Positions 1 to 14,135 of a stretch of DNA of 64,000 bases are shown in pieces. The translations under genes were made by a program, and so were the position numbers. The notes beneath the pieces were generated by a model. That model was not told the DNA's origin, searched no databases, and saw nothing but the letters and a program-made list of their open reading frames with translations. Every line of letters begins with the position of its first letter. Position 1 is the first letter of the stretch. The DNA lies in contig CATNEN010000012.1 of assembly GCA_950097015.1 (NCBI GenBank), forward strand, positions 186,001-250,000, read 5' to 3'. The stretch is from Macrostomum hystrix. Its lineage: Eukaryota > Animalia > Platyhelminthes.

Positions 1-2803
1 CGATACATCTTTATTTTGGTATCTACTAATGTTCATAGAAAAAAGTTATCTACGTATTTTCAAAGAAAAAGTAATCTTCTTATCTTCATAGAAAAACGAA
101 ATAACTTTAGTTACTGCAACTGCCGTAGCAAGGCTTTCATTAGCACTTCCGTTTTTTTTACTAAGAAATCGCTTTCAATTCCTGTGTGTGTTGCTGAGAT
201 GGCCTGTGTAATGCGCAGATTTAATATATAAATTATAAAATATATTTTAAAGTTCAAGCTTAACGCAGAACTTTCAAATTAGTTCCAAAACTCAGTTCGC
301 GCTGCAGAGCTCAATTTTAACGAATTCACTAATGCGTTTTCAATGTAGCAGCAAGAAGCACTTAATTTCTTAAGCATAATTTGTTTAATTAGCAGAATTA
401 TATTTTCTCTCATCAAACCAATCGCTGCTATGTGAAATCATTACGCAGTTTCATTAATTTCAAATTTGACAGGTACGGTACCAACCTGTAGCCTCAGAGG
501 TGGGACACTCTGTCCTCTGTTCTGGGACAATGTAAATGTTAAGATATGTGGTTAAGAAAATAGCAGATGCTCAGTATTATCTTCAGCCTCACAGTCTGTA
601 GTAAGACTTCGATTTTAGACATTCGCATATTTAAACTGTTTTTATGATGCATTTTCACAATTTATCTACAGTTTTAACACAAGCCTACTACGAGTATTAT
701 ACAGCAATTATAAGTATATGCCTTGTAAGCTGCTTTATCAATTTTGTTCATCTGTTCAACTAGCTAGCAAAAGATAGGGCCAAGCTAGGCCTAGCTGCAT
801 TTTCTTTTTTATGTGTAGACATAATTGCTTTGCTCAAGGACAACTACGAGTAGTAGTAGACTCTACTCCTAGGCCTAGTGGTCCTTAGGGTTTGCTATAC
901 AAATAACTGCAGCAGCTAGTTATTAACTTAGTATTTATCTAATTTAGAGATGGACCTAATGCCATGGGCCATGGCAATGTGTATAATTGGTCTAAATAAA
1001 TAAATAAAGCTAAATATATTAGTGTATTTGTTTCAGAATAGCTAGAAAATCTTGTGTATTGAGTAGCAGCGAAATGGAATTTATTGCAACTAGCAAAAAT
1101 GAATAAAAGCTAAGCCTAAAGTAAAATAGGCCTAGCACAATTCCATTGTTTTTATTTATTTATGCCATTGTGTTCATGGCAAAGCCTAGCACATTGCTTG
1201 TTTTAGGCTTATGGTCTCAGGAGTAAAGTTGAGATCGGCCCTACATCACCAAATAGTTCTAGCATGGACAGAAACCTCAATTCATTTAATCTTGTCTGAA
1301 GATTTTGGCATAACAAAGCTGATAGTTGTCTGATTTGTATAGCTACAAGAATGATAAGCCATAAGGAGAATCTTGATCTGGTAATGTTAGGTAGGAGGGT
1401 AGGAGGTTTCTAACCATATCTACTGAGTGGTGAATAAAGACAAAACCTATGATTCCTACTTTGACCCAGAGACAAAGACAAAGCAGGATAGCTTCACAGT
1501 GTAGGAAATAGATGGTTTAGATCTGGTTAAGTTAGGCCTACCTATGAAAATATTATTGACATATAAGACAGTCATTAAATTTATTTTATTAAAAAGTCCT
1601 TGAGTCACACAGTATCCTTACTAAATGTTAGCAACTTTAGACATCAGAAAACATATTTAATATTTAACTATTGCAAAAACTTAAGTAGATAGATTATGCT
1701 AGGGCCTACACAAGATTCTATGTCAAGCTTATCCAAATGCCATCAATGTGTTCTCTTTTATGCAATACACTAAATGCTGCAAGCTATGTGGTGACTTTGT
1801 AAAAATAGACCTACATTTATGACATGGACAATGCATAGAAATCATGTGTGACCCACTGACATTACTGGTCTGGACATGGTTTAACTTTATCCCATGTTAT
1901 TTTTTACTAATAACTCCTTAAAGAAATCAATATTTGTTATTTTATAAAGCAATAGAACTGTGAAATTTTTTAAGTAGTGCATGTTATTTAAATCTCTTGT
2001 TTCACTGTCAGCCTATGCCTAAATTTTCCCACTTTTGGATATATTTTTAAAAAGTGTGTTAGTATATTATTGCTATATATTGAGTATTTGCATTTGCTTC
2101 ATTAGCTAGCTAATTAAAAATTTAGTAACAACACAATAGTATTAGCCACTCTAGCTAATCACAATGTATGACTAGGCCCCTATAATAATGATTATTTTCA
2201 TTAGGCCCCTATAGTCCCATTGCTTGCTACTCATCCATGATTCAGTGCAAAACAGACTAAATGATAACCAGTGTTTCCACCAATGAATAAAAAAGTTCCA
2301 CGCAAAACTGCAATTTCTGCACATCAGTGAATTTAATGGAGAATGTCATGTTTCTTAGAAATGTTTTTTCTGGAAACAAAAACCATTAAAATTCCAACTT
2401 TATTTCATTAAAGAAAATTTATATTGAATAACATTGTATTAAGTTCCTCTTATTCATTGCATTCAAATATGGTTATTGGCTACTTCTCTTCTGTCCTATT
2501 GTTTGAATATCAAGCCAGAAAAAAGAACAAAGACAGCCCATGAGCTGAAGCCAAAATTAATCCACTAATCATTATATTTCTTATTAACTCATAACTATAA
2601 GAAATACTCCATTTCAATGTGAACCATCAAATTCAATGCCAAATTGCCAATTCATTAATACAACTGCTGTCTCCATTCCATTGTGGGACGTAGTTCTTAT
2701 TTTTGTCAATGTTCGTTTTTTTGTTATGATACGAGTACAAGCATATGAATTCGGTCACTTTCAGTCACTGTCATCTGTCACTGCAAGTGTCACTTCTTCA
2801 TTA

Positions 2804-5107
2804 TCATAGTACTAAGCAGCTGTCGCAGAATTGCTTGTCACTGTTTTTGGGTGCTTCCGCTGAGGTTCCCTGGAATCCTGGTACAGGGGCTTCATTCTCT
2901 AACTCGGCCATAAGGCGTTGAGCATGCGCCATGTACTCCATCGCCAGCTTTCGCTTCTTCGCCTGCTCTCTCGCCCTTGCTTTCGCTTCTTCGCCTGCTC
3001 TCTCGCCCTTGCCTTCTCTTCTGCTTTCTTAGCCTCTCTGTCCATCTTTGCAAGCTGTTCTTGTGCAGCAGCAGCAGCAACCTGTGCCTTCGCTTGAGCC
3101 AGACAAGCCTCTGATTCCTGCATTGCCTTTAAATGCTTCTTTTACTCTGAGCTCGCCTGCCGGACTGAGTGACGCATGATGTCCTTGATCTCCAGTGTAT
3201 CGCTGGAAACACCACGAGCAGTGCAAAATGACTGAATCAGACCATTCAGCGATGGGTCCTGCAGCCGATTCCTGTCTTTGCGCAGGATCCTTTGCAGCTT
3301 GCTGAACTGGCGCTCAACATCGGCGTTGCCATGGGGAAGAATGAGCGTCTTCCGAGCCAATTCAGCTAGGAGAGGATATTCTCCTGTGGCGTGTAACTTG
3401 TCCCAAAACAGTTCCACACGTCTTGGTTTGTCCTTCAGTTCCTGGATGAGTGCTTGGCAGCTGCTGCTGGAGCTGAATCGTCTCCACTCCAATCGCACTG
3501 AATCGGAGTCGTCTGCAGCATGCAGCTTGCGGGCCAGGAAGCACAGTTGCCTCTCAGAAACACTCTCATTTGAGTCAGTGTCACTGTTAAAGGGGTTGGC
3601 AAATCTTGCAGCTTGCAGTACCCGCAACTTCAGCGGTAGGTAGTGAAACAAGGCTGCTAGCAGAGTTGAGTAGAATTGACGAACTCGGTTGAAGAAAAGT
3701 GAACGTTGAAAATTCGAAATGGAAGCCAACTTCATGGTGTTGCGTGCAATGTCACCGATTATGATGTCCTTGTCCAGCAGCTGTTGTGAGCGCTGCATCT
3801 TTGTCAGATCTTCTAGACTCTCTGCCTCTTCAACATACTTCCCTTGAATGAAGCTGTTGGCCACAGTGGAAACCAATGCAGTGATCTCCACAAACACGTT
3901 GAAAATTTGCGGCTCAGCTGACTGAAGCAGCTTCTCAAACCGCTGGAGTGGAGACAGGGCGGAGCTCACAAACCCCAAGTACGCCAATTTCTCTTGGGCT
4001 TCTAGTCGTTGCAAAATTCGGTGAACTTTTGGCTTTCTCTTCTCAACTTCAGGAAGGCGGCGAAAATATGCCAGCAGCGAGTCGTGAAGCATGATGTGGC
4101 GATTCACAACTTCCAGAATTTGCAACCATCGGGTCTCTACACGCCTCAGCGACCTCAAGGGCGTCTTAGCAAGCATCTCCTGGGTGTCATGAAAACCATT
4201 GGCAGCCTTTGCATAGCGAAGGTAGTTGTGGGTGTCATCAAGAAGCTCTTCTACTTCTTCTCCAAGCTCACCAAGTGCTCGCTGCACAGAATTGTGCACG
4301 TGATGGAGAATGCAGCCGCCAACGTCAAACAAGTTGGGTGCCACTTTCATGAGAAGTGCCACGAGTCCTCCAACATTACCCCGCATTACATTTGCACTGT
4401 CTGACATAATAGCAATACATTGACTAGTTTTCAAATTCCGGTTGCCCAGCTCTTCAAGCACAATCTCCTTCAAGGCCTGAGCAGTGCTCTGGGATGTTGA
4501 TCGCAAAAAGAGAAAGTCCGTCTCGACCTGGCACTGGTTGTCTCCAAGATGACGAACCATTGCAGCAAGCCACTGCCGATCTCCACTGCTCCCTTCGTCC
4601 AGAAGCAAAGAGTAGCTGCCACTCTGCTGCACTTCTTTCAGCACTTCCTTCTGCAGCTGAACACCAATACCTTAATTCACAATGTATGTCATCTTATGCT
4701 TTTTATGCTTTGCAATACAGATAGCTGCAGCTATCTTGCTGTCGGGGAATGTCTTGAGCGTCTTTGGCATGGAGTCTGCTAAGAGGAATGGCAGATCATG
4801 CTTAGCAAACATTATGGCAAGCATCCGTCTTCTTGTCAGATACATGTACATCGTGGTCATCACGTTTGGCACTGGCAAATGTCAGGGTAAGCTTTTGGCA
4901 GTTGCGCACAGAAGCCATGTTAGCTCGGTGAGTCTGGGTAGCTGAGTGCTCCTTCAGCCTTGTTGTTCCTCCATTCTTCACATAAATTGTCTTCTTGCAC
5001 AATTTGCAGTCGACAAATCCACGGTCAGTTGATAGCATGCACCAGGCTCCCAGGCAGTCACCATTCATATCTTTCTGGCTGGCATACTCAAACGCTGATG
5101 ATAACAA
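2804..5107 (-). pseudogene. hAT-superfamily DDE transposase pseudogene
   Basis: N-terminal Cys/His zinc-finger-like segment (CKLCKK...KEHSATQTH, 4802-5107), then KHDLPFLLAD..FPDSKIAA, LLLDEG (D1), IMSDSANVM (D2), CILH (CxxH), RWL and HGNADVERQFS (E). Lesions: frameshift near 4850, in-frame TAA at 4672-4674 and 3142-3144, and a 32-bp tandem duplication at ~2950-3013. Removing one copy of the duplication restores KRKLAMEYMAHAQRLMAELE... to a stop at 2804. No matching TIR pair found. Confidence 0.9.
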
Positions 5108-5426
5108 ACCAAATCGCTAGGATTTGATTTGTCTTTAGTCTAACTTTTCAGCAGTCTTTTTCTCATGCCTTGCCTGTGCCTTGTATAGGACATCCACGTT
5201 TTTTCAAATGCTTTTCATTTCAAAATAATGTAAAATATGTCAAGATGAATACACATGCTCAAAATCTTGAAAGTTATATCAGTTTTATTTCTGTAGGTTC
5301 ATAAAAACATGAATCATTTCTTTGTAGATAATTTTAAGTTTAAACGTTATTCAAAACTCTGGTTCCCCTTCTAACAGTGTTGAGCATCTTTCGAGCTGCA
5401 TTTAAATAGAGATTAACTAAACTTGA

Positions 5427-5852
<426 letters not shown>

Positions 5853-7485
5853 GTTCCACTGATGTCTTTATTCTCCCGTATATATATATAGCTAATAATA
5901 TATGAACTAACTGACCTCATGCAAACTGATGCAATTTTTAGTATATGCGATTGGGATTTTAAATAATTACTGCCTAGATACAGGTGATAACTATGTCGTA
6001 GAACTAGATCGAGTGGCAGGTGCAGCAGTGAATGATCTGAGTTTTGTTAGCCAAATGTACAAGTATTTATTTGTCTTGTCTAATGATTTTAACCACTTTA
6101 AACACCTGCGCGTATCAAAAGTTGTCTGCGAGTGGAACCTCAAGGAATTCAATTCGTTATTCAAATTATGTTAGTAGCGGCTTTCTTCTGAACTTACTGC
6201 ACTAATAAAGTTCGATCGCTAACAATTGATAACTAATTTTCAGTTTTTTACATACTAAATACGTAGTACATGCCTGCGTCCCAATGGTAATCATCAAAGC
6301 TATTAATAAATTAGTCACCTTATATTTGTTCAGTTCTAATAACAACGTTAATCGTCTAAACATAGGTACGTTAAACAGAGCATAGCGTTAAATACTTTTG
6401 TGGAAGATATTATTTGCACACCTAAGGCGCTTTCAAATCGGAAAGTGACCGGAGATTGGCTGCGTAAATAATTGAGTGTATTTCGCAAAACATTTGACGT
6501 CCAAAATTTGACGTCCAGGTTAAAAAAAAACTCAGCTATAAGCAGAAAACAGGCAATTCGACACCTGTTAGCTAGTTTATTAGGTTTATTTTATTCACTA
6601 CATTCATTAACAGCTTTTATGGTTTTAATGCGAGAGAACAACTAATTAAAATGCTTCTTATTCATACTACTATACTGGCAGTAGTATGAAGAGGGTATCG
6701 AGAATTCTATACGACAACAGTTATTGCTGTTTTCTAGAAACTTTACTAGATAGTTAGACGGATGTGATAAGCAATGTTATGCAATGCTTTGGTCCTTTAA
6801 GTACATTTTAAGTGCGCACCCATCAACATAGTTTTCACTTTGTGGGACAAATTCAAATTTAATGCTGGTAGAAAAAATCAACATGCACAATGTACTACTT
6901 ATTACAAATATAATGCGAGTATCGATAATAAAAGCCGTTGCCGAAGTCGAATGCCGAAAAATGGACGCTTATATACGCTTGTGTATATATTGATATTTAC
7001 ATAGATGCGCTTGGGGTGCTACGGACACAACTTGTGCTATACTAATGAGTTTAGGAGCTTATGTACATACACTGAACAATTATCTCAGATTAAATTAATA
7101 TTTAAAACTTAATTGTACGTTTAGCACACAGACAGATTATATCAAGTATTAGGAATGGGAGAATCACTAAGAGTTCGGCAACTTAGAATTCACGGGTAGC
7201 ACGGTTAAAAGTAGTCTGTTACAGAAAAGTTTCATCTAGCCAAGCAGGAGTTGGGAACAGTAGCTGCATTGGATGAGTTCAATTCAAATTCTTTCTAACA
7301 TAAGTACATTAGGAAACACGACAGCCTGCTTCGCGAAGAAAAAAACTAGTTTTCGTTGATTTATTAACGGATGGCATTAAAAATGTTAAAATTTAAGTTA
7401 AGCACTCTGTACGTTGCAACAGTAATTAAAAAAACAACTAAAACCTTTTTCAACTGAAAGTAAAACCGGAAACACTGAGACTCTG

Positions 7486-8678
7486 CATTGGGGTGTCCAA
7501 AAAGTAGTGGGAATTTTCAACGTAGCTCATAGTTAGATTCAGATACATTAATTTCGTTAACTTTTCTTGAAAGCGGAGTTATCGATATGTGCAATATTTT
7601 TTTCTTTTGCCAATATTTTCTGACATTCAAAAGTTATGAGCTATTTAGTACAGTTCCCCAGGGTACGACTTACAGAAGATGAAATTTTGAAGGCTTTCAA
7701 TGAAGAAAGTTTTGCTTTGTACTTTTTCTGCATTAAGTTTACGCGATGATGCCTACAGAAATGCTTGAGCATGTCTATGGGCTCAACATGAGAACATGCA
7801 AGCATCACCACAGCCAGGCAATCTCAAGCTTTAGATGCAAGCCAGCTCAGCCAAGCATTTGTCAACTTGCGCATTTGAAGCATCCGAAGATTGTGCAAAC
7901 ATGTCGGACATCCACTGATGCTGCTGCTTTTTTCGATTGTCACTGCCCCTTGACAATCGATTTCCTAGAGCCAAACACAACTGTCAATGCAGAGCACTAC
8001 ATCTTGTCTCTGAAGAAGCTCAAGGCTGACATCCACAATAAACGGCGCAGTGGAATCAAGCCCTCAGTTCTCCACCATGACAATGCCCGACCGCACACGG
8101 CTTCAAAGACAGTGGATGCAATTCAGGGCATGAAGTTTGAATTCTTGCCTCACCCACCCTACTCCCCTGACTTGGCGCCAGCAGACTTTTTTCTTTTTCC
8201 GAGACTGAAGGAGCTGCTTCGAGGCAAAGTCTACGCGAATCGTCACTGCCTTGAAGAAGAGGTTCGGCGCATCCTTGTTTTTGCAATTCCCAAGGAGCAA
8301 TACGCTCATGCAATTGATTCGTTGCGCACTCGCTGGGAGAAGTGCATCAGCTGCAAAGGCGACTACGTGGAGAAGGTCTCCATCCCTGGCGAAAAGGACA
8401 TTTGAGTTGACATTAAGATGAACTTCAATGGGATTACGACTGATAGTTTGATGTCATGTTTCGTCTTAATGACTACTTGTTAAAGTTTCTGTAAGTTGTA
8501 CCCTGGGGAACTGCACTAAATTGTTCATAACTTTTGAATGCCAGAAGATAAAAGTAAAATTTAAAAAAGTATTACAGAGATACATAAATCCGCTTTCATA
8601 AAACGAATAGGAATTTAATGTGTCTGAATCCGATTATGAGCTAGGTTGAAAATTCCTACTACTTTTGGACACCCGTCG
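7486..8678 (+). mobile_element. Mariner (DD34D) element with internal deletion and ~190-bp imperfect terminal inverted repeats
   Basis: Left ~7486-7677 (ggggtgtccaaaaagtagtgggaattttcaac...cagttccccagggtacgacttacagaa) mirrors right ~8487-8678 (ttctgtaagttgtaccctggggaactg...gttgaaaattcctactacttttggacacccgtcg), followed by TA at 8679-8680. Confidence 0.9.
7746..8405 (+). pseudogene. Truncated mariner transposase
   Basis: LHHDNARPH and HPPYSPDLAPADFFLFP with 34 residues between D2 and D3, plus the RWEKCISCKGDY tail. The D1 region and most of the DNA-binding domain are absent. Confidence 0.9.
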
Positions 8679-8843
8679 TATTTATAATTTAGAATGTGAG
8701 AAAACATCTTAATATGGCAATCAAATTGTTTAGTAGGGACGCTATGTAGGGACAATAACGAGACTTTAGTTGACAGTAGTTCTAACACTCTTAGATTATA
8801 TAAATTTAAAACCCCAATCAAGTCTACATTGCTTGCACTAAAT

Positions 8844-10794
8844 TTAATTGGCCTGCTGAGCTGGCACGGCCGGCGGGAACATGCCCTGATTGGCTGGTGT
8901 AGAATCCAGAGTCTGGCGCAGCTGCTGCAGCCAGGCCCGGATGCTGGCGTCCTGCTGCATCATCTCCTGTGGTGATTATGAGTTAAAGCTTAAAGTAATT
9001 CGCAGACTAAAACAAACTGATGTTCTCATGCAGGAATTTTTTAGCAGAGTTGAATAGAGCTAAAAAATTCGGATACTCTTGTTCTTACTTTTCTATTTTC
9101 TCTGTGTTCGTTTACGCTCCCTCAATCTGTTCTACTCGTTAGATAACCATCTCTTTCCTCTCCCTCGTCTCTGATTGGCTAGCTGCTTGTCTCTTTCCTT
9201 ACCCCTCTTTTTCAGCTCTTACCCTCTTGCCCGTCATAACTTGTTTCACACTTCTGCCCCTGCTTATCTCTTGGTCTCTTGGCCTGCTGCTTTTTCAATT
9301 CGTTCAAAATCGTAAAGACTTACTGCAAAAACTCTTACTCCATAAAAAAGCTGCTTTGCCTTGTTCATAAAAGATCTTATCGTTTCAATAACATTCTGAA
9401 ATCGCTAGTTTTTAAAGAATTAGAAAAATATTTAAGCAGAATCACTTTACAGAAAACCACTTTCGAGACACACAATCTTAAAAATCATAAAGTAAGCTTC
9501 ACTGTCGCTTACCTGGAAGGTGTTGTCCCGCAGCGCATCGGGCAGGGTGGTGGCCAGGGCCTGCCTGGCCCGCGGATTGTCGGCCAGTCGTGTGTAGCAG
9601 CGCACCACAGGTTTTAGCAGGCGAGCGCTGCGCTCCTTGGCCAAGAACTGCACCATCTTGCCTAGGATGGCGGCTACGTGGGCGAATCTTTCGTAGGTCT
9701 GGCATATGTAGGCCAGTCCGGTGTCATCTAGCAGGATCTTCTGCAGGATGAAGGTGGCGACGGTCTTGCTGAGCTCCGAGCCGCTCTCCATGATGCGCAG
9801 GCAGAGTGGAATAATCTCGGTGTGCAGCAGGAAGGCTATAACCTCGGCATCGTCAGTTTTCACTAGGGCGCCAATCACACCCAGCGAGGTTAAGCGCAGG
9901 TATTCAAATGGTCTAGACCGGCAGGAGGTGTGCAGGAATGAGTAAAGATAGAGCGGAATTGATGTCTGCAGAAACTGACTACGGGTCTCCGGATGCGAGG
10001 CGACGCACTGCAGCAGGGCCAGGGCGTGGCAGACCCGGTTGGACTGGTGCGCCTGTGTGGGCGGCGTGGGCGGTTTTCGCTTGAATCTACTATATTGAAT
10101 AGATGTAAACATTCGTTCAGTCCACTCCACCTAAGCGTATACTCAGCTGAGTGAACAGAAGCAATAGGCATTTAGTGCGATTAGGAACTATGTGCATCTG
10201 AAGACTGCGTATGTCTGTTCAGTCCATGGACTGGAGGGACGCCATACCTACCCTCAATTACCCTACCCAATGCTAGTTTTTATGCAACAGCTGGGTGAAT
10301 TGAATACATGCAGAGTTAAGTGTCTTGCTAAAAGACACAAATTATTCGAGTGGAGTCAAGAATCGAACCCGTGACATTCAAGTTGTGAGTCCAACTCTCT
10401 AACCGCTAGCTCTAACAACTGGTCTCTAATCTCCATTAAATATTGTTTCTTGAATAATTAGAATCAAATCCAATTGAGAATTTGTGCAAGAAATTATACA
10501 CACGCTACTCACAGACAGCACCGGCGGATGGATGTAAGGATAGATCTGCACAATCTCCTGCAGCAGTGCGGCTATGGTACCGAATGAATTCCAGAGCAAT
10601 GGCGCCAGCTCCGGGATGGCGTCGCGTTTTCTAGACAACTCCAGGAGGGCAGTCTCCCTACTATCTAGACTGTTGAGATCCAGAATCCAGCGATAGAGCA
10701 TCTCCTTCTCCTGCTGTGGACTGGCTACAGAGGCTGGCACTGGCTGCATGGCGCCTAAATTGAAGCCGGCCTGGGACACTGCTGGCAAGTTCAT
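8844..10794 (-). CDS. CNOT9: CCR4-NOT subunit 9 (RCD1/CAF40), 3 exons, 314 aa
   Basis: Exons 10794-10513, 10052-9513, 8966-8844 (TAA), with phase-0 GT-AG introns. Motifs [71 protein letters not shown]. Confidence 0.95.
10175..10420 (-). mobile_element. tRNA-derived SINE with CORE-like domain (copy 1, in CNOT9 intron 1)
   Basis: Minus strand reads ggttcgattc (B box), then tgtgtcttttagcaagacacttaactctgc...ttcacccagctg and cagtccatggactgaacag. Homologous to the copies at 18061 and 41037. Confidence 0.75.
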
Positions 10795-11549
10795 TGTTAT
10801 TTCAAGCTCCGAATGCTACTGTGCTGAAAAGTGTGTACATTGCAATATAAATAGCTAATTGTGTATAAAGATTTGACTGATAACAGTTCTGTTACTGATG
10901 TTGGCGATTGCTATTTTGCCATAAGTTTTTGCATATTTGGACATTGAAAAAGGCTTAAAAAACTATTTATAAGCACAAGTAAATTTTATTCATGCTACAT
11001 TTTCTTAAAAAGACAAAGCGATTCACTTTTTAGTATTGTATTTTAATGATAACCAAAATCATCATTACTTCAACATTACTATGTTGAACATAATCAACAT
11101 ATCTCCTATTAGTATGAATAGAACATGGATAAGACCAAACAATACATCCCCTAAGGCTAGACTAGGTAAATTATTGAGTAAGAGCCATAGTCAAAACAAT
11201 TGAGGCATGCATTGATGCTGACTGCCCAATATGGAATACATTGCCTCGCATTCAATTCTTGGCATTCACATTTAGTGCTTAGGGTTGGTATAATTCATTT
11301 GTAATACTAACTGAATAATAGTAAGAAGAAGGGTTGTTGACAAGAGAAAGCTGACTTTGCTTTACCTGCCCATTAATCATGTTTTTAAATTGATTAAATT
11401 TTACATTTGACATGATAATACTGTCAATGCCACCTATTAGTTCTATAATTCAGGTGATAAAACCACTGAGCACATTGTCGGCATCTTTAAATAGTCTTAT
11501 GATTACAATAGCATTAAAAATGTATTTAAACACTAACTACTTTTCCAAT

Positions 11550-12310
11550 ATAATTTGTCAGATTCATCTATTTTCAAAAATAACATTTTTAATTCAAATA
11601 AAACTTTTTAGGACAGATTCATATAGTGTTATTGCAAAAGTGGGCCAAATTGGTTAGAGGCCAAAATGGTTATACCAAAACAACTGGGTACCTTGATTAG
11701 TTCTAGGTTATTTATTCAAGTTAAGCATAAATCATATTTATTTGCGATTATCTCTCAAACAAAAAATATCTAACCAAAAAACTGCTCAACAAATCCTTAA
11801 TTTACCCATGACTTGCACTAATATAATTTGTCAGATTTATTTGTTTTCAATTTTTTAAATAAAACTTTTTAAGATAGATTATATTGTGTTATTACAAAGT
11901 AGGCTGTAATAGCTCTAAAGTCAAGCTATGTGAGGTGCGAAAAAAAGGTGAGCCCTCCAAGTAGGCTAGGGCGAGACTATATTTATATATTTGCCTCAAT
12001 GTGCCACGGATAGAATCAACGTGCACATGGGGGCATGTACATAGTGAGCTACTAGAGTTATATGTACATATTAGATTGACCAGCAAAGCAAGTGCTAGTA
12101 GACTACGGCATAACATAAGCCAAATCAGTTACAGGCCGAAATGGTTATGGGCCAAAACAACTGGGTACCTTGATTAGTTCCAAGTTAGTTATTGAAGTTA
12201 GGTATAAATCTTTTTTATTTGCCATTAAGCCTATCTCTAAAACAAAAAATATACAACCAAAAAATTGCTTTACAAACCCTTAATTTACTATTTACCCATA
12301 TGGCATGTCC
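11550..12310. repeat. Degenerate local direct repeats
   Basis: ggcc(a/g)aaatggttat..ccaaaacaactgggtaccttgattagttc occurs at ~11660 and ~12135. atttgtcagatt..taaaacttttta occurs at ~11553 and ~11826. Confidence 0.6.
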
Positions 12311-12739
12311 TACTAGGTGTGGTCATTGTGTCACTGTGAAATGGTATCTATGCCATAGAGTAGTTGCACTGTAGGCCTAAATAAAACAAATTATAGCTTG
12401 GTTACATCTCAGTGTCACTAAACTTGCTACGCTAGTGAAAGGACTATGGTGGATTATAAAGTCTAATGAATATAACTAAGAATATAATAATTTATATATA
12501 TACTAGCTTTTTTTTGCCCGTTGTTTTTGGGGCAGAAATTTAAAGCAAAGCAGTAAGCAATTCACGTCTCTGTATTAACTATATAGTGAAGGTCACCATT
12601 TATTTATTTACTGCATTAATGAAAAGTGAAGAGTTTGTTTAAGGGCGTTATAAGTAAAAAATAAGTGAAAAGTTTGTCCAAACAGCCCCTCTTGATTACT
12701 TCTTTAGAAACATGTCTCTTAGCCACTCCTCTATACAGT

Positions 12740-13011
12740 CAGTGGCAGATCCAGGAATTTTGTTTTGGGGCGGTCTGTCAGGGGAGCGCCATGAGAATCA
12801 CAGAGGGGGTGCCAGCGGCCGAAAAAGGGCGCCAGGAGCCAAGAAAGGGCGCCAGCGGCTGAAAAACGGGAGCCAGCGGCTGAAAAAGGGGCGCCAGCGG
12901 CCGAAAAGGGGTGCCAGTGCTGCGACTGGCGCCCCTGGTGGGGGCATCTTATTCCCATGATTAAAATTTAGGGGGGCAACTGCCCCCCTGCCCCCCCTAA
13001 ATCTGCCTCTG
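12740..13011. mobile_element. hAT-type MITE nested in the Helitron
   Basis: TIRs CAGTGGCAGATCCAG / CTAAATCTGCCTCTG. Perfect 8-bp TSD TATACAGT at 12732-12739 and 13012-13019. Internal ggcgccagcggccgaaaa repeats. Confidence 0.9.
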
Positions 13012-13163
13012 TATACAGTATGCATGTACACGTGTATACATAAGGAAAATAGCCATGGCATAACAATAACAATGTCAAAGAAACAAAATTAAACTGTTTC
13101 AGAGTTCAGAGTTAGACAGGTCAAGGTCAATTTGTGACTACTTTTCTATTAATTGCTTGCGAG

Positions 13164-14135
13164 TCACCTCAAGGCCTGGGGATACAGCACATTCTTCGTT
13201 CTTCCCCTTGGTGCGAAAATGAATAGGCCAGCTGGAGTTCCAACACGGGAGCAGGCGACATAAAGCTGCCCATGTGAGAAGCAAGGAGTCTCCAGGTTGA
13301 TGCCAGCCACCTTCAGTGACTGTCCCTGAGCCTTGTTAATAGTCATCGCAAAGCACACTCTCACAGGGAACTGCAGTCGCTTGAACTGAAATGGCAGGTC
13401 CGTGGGGATAATTGGAATCCGGGGAACGAACACAGACTCTCCTCTGCCAGATCCAGTCATTATCGTGGCCTCAATCACGTGTGGGAAGAGCCGCCTGACT
13501 ATCAGTCTGGTGCCGTTACACAGCCTTGGCGCATTCAGGTTGCGGAGGAGCATAATTGGTGCCCCAACTTTCAGCTGCAAGTTGTGCGATGGAGTTCCAG
13601 GAGGATCTAGAGAGTTCAGAAACTCAACAGGATACTCCACAGCGGTGTCATCAGTCAACGTTGTATCAATTGACTTGTAGGTGAAAACTGCACCTGGCAA
13701 CTCCTGAGGCAGTTGGTAGTTAATTTCGTTGGCGGCATCATTTCTAGGACACAGAATTGCCCTCTCTGACAGCCAGTCAACGTCAGCATATCGAACCATC
13801 AGGTTCGGGTAAACTTTTGCCTTGAGCTCCTGCACTGACTGCACAATGGTTCCGATTGTAGCGATCGATGACTGCCCATCCTCGGTGCTAATCTCCAGCA
13901 GACCATTGCCGATTCGCAATAGATTGGCAGAGAACTCATGAGCTGTTTCGTCTCCTTGAATTGTAGCTCTCATGTTTTGTTCGTAGGTGCAACTTCACAA
14001 CCGATGGCCACAGGTGAGATGATTTTAGGCAAGCATTAATCTCATCAGCAGGAGTGCCACGCGGAATCACAGGCAGCGTCTGTCTAAAGTCTCCAGACAG
14101 CAGCAGAGTGACACCACCCATCAGTTGATCGCCAG
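13164..14135 (-). pseudogene. Helitron PIF1-type helicase, C-terminal fragment (frameshift near 13975)
   Basis: GGVTLLLSGDFRQTLPV, MLLRNLNAPRLCNGTRL, FKRLQFPVRVCFAMTINKAQGQSL, HGQLYVACSRV. Rep/HUH domain absent. Confidence 0.92.

Noticed and set aside
3142-4674. Two in-frame TAA codons in the hAT ORF at positions where Tyr would fit, suggesting TAA-to-Tyr recoding as in one flatworm mitochondrial code
   Set aside because: TAA terminates CNOT9 (8844-8846) and the GPD1-like gene (38416-38418) at their expected C-termini, and the hAT copy also has frameshifts. It is ordinary decay.
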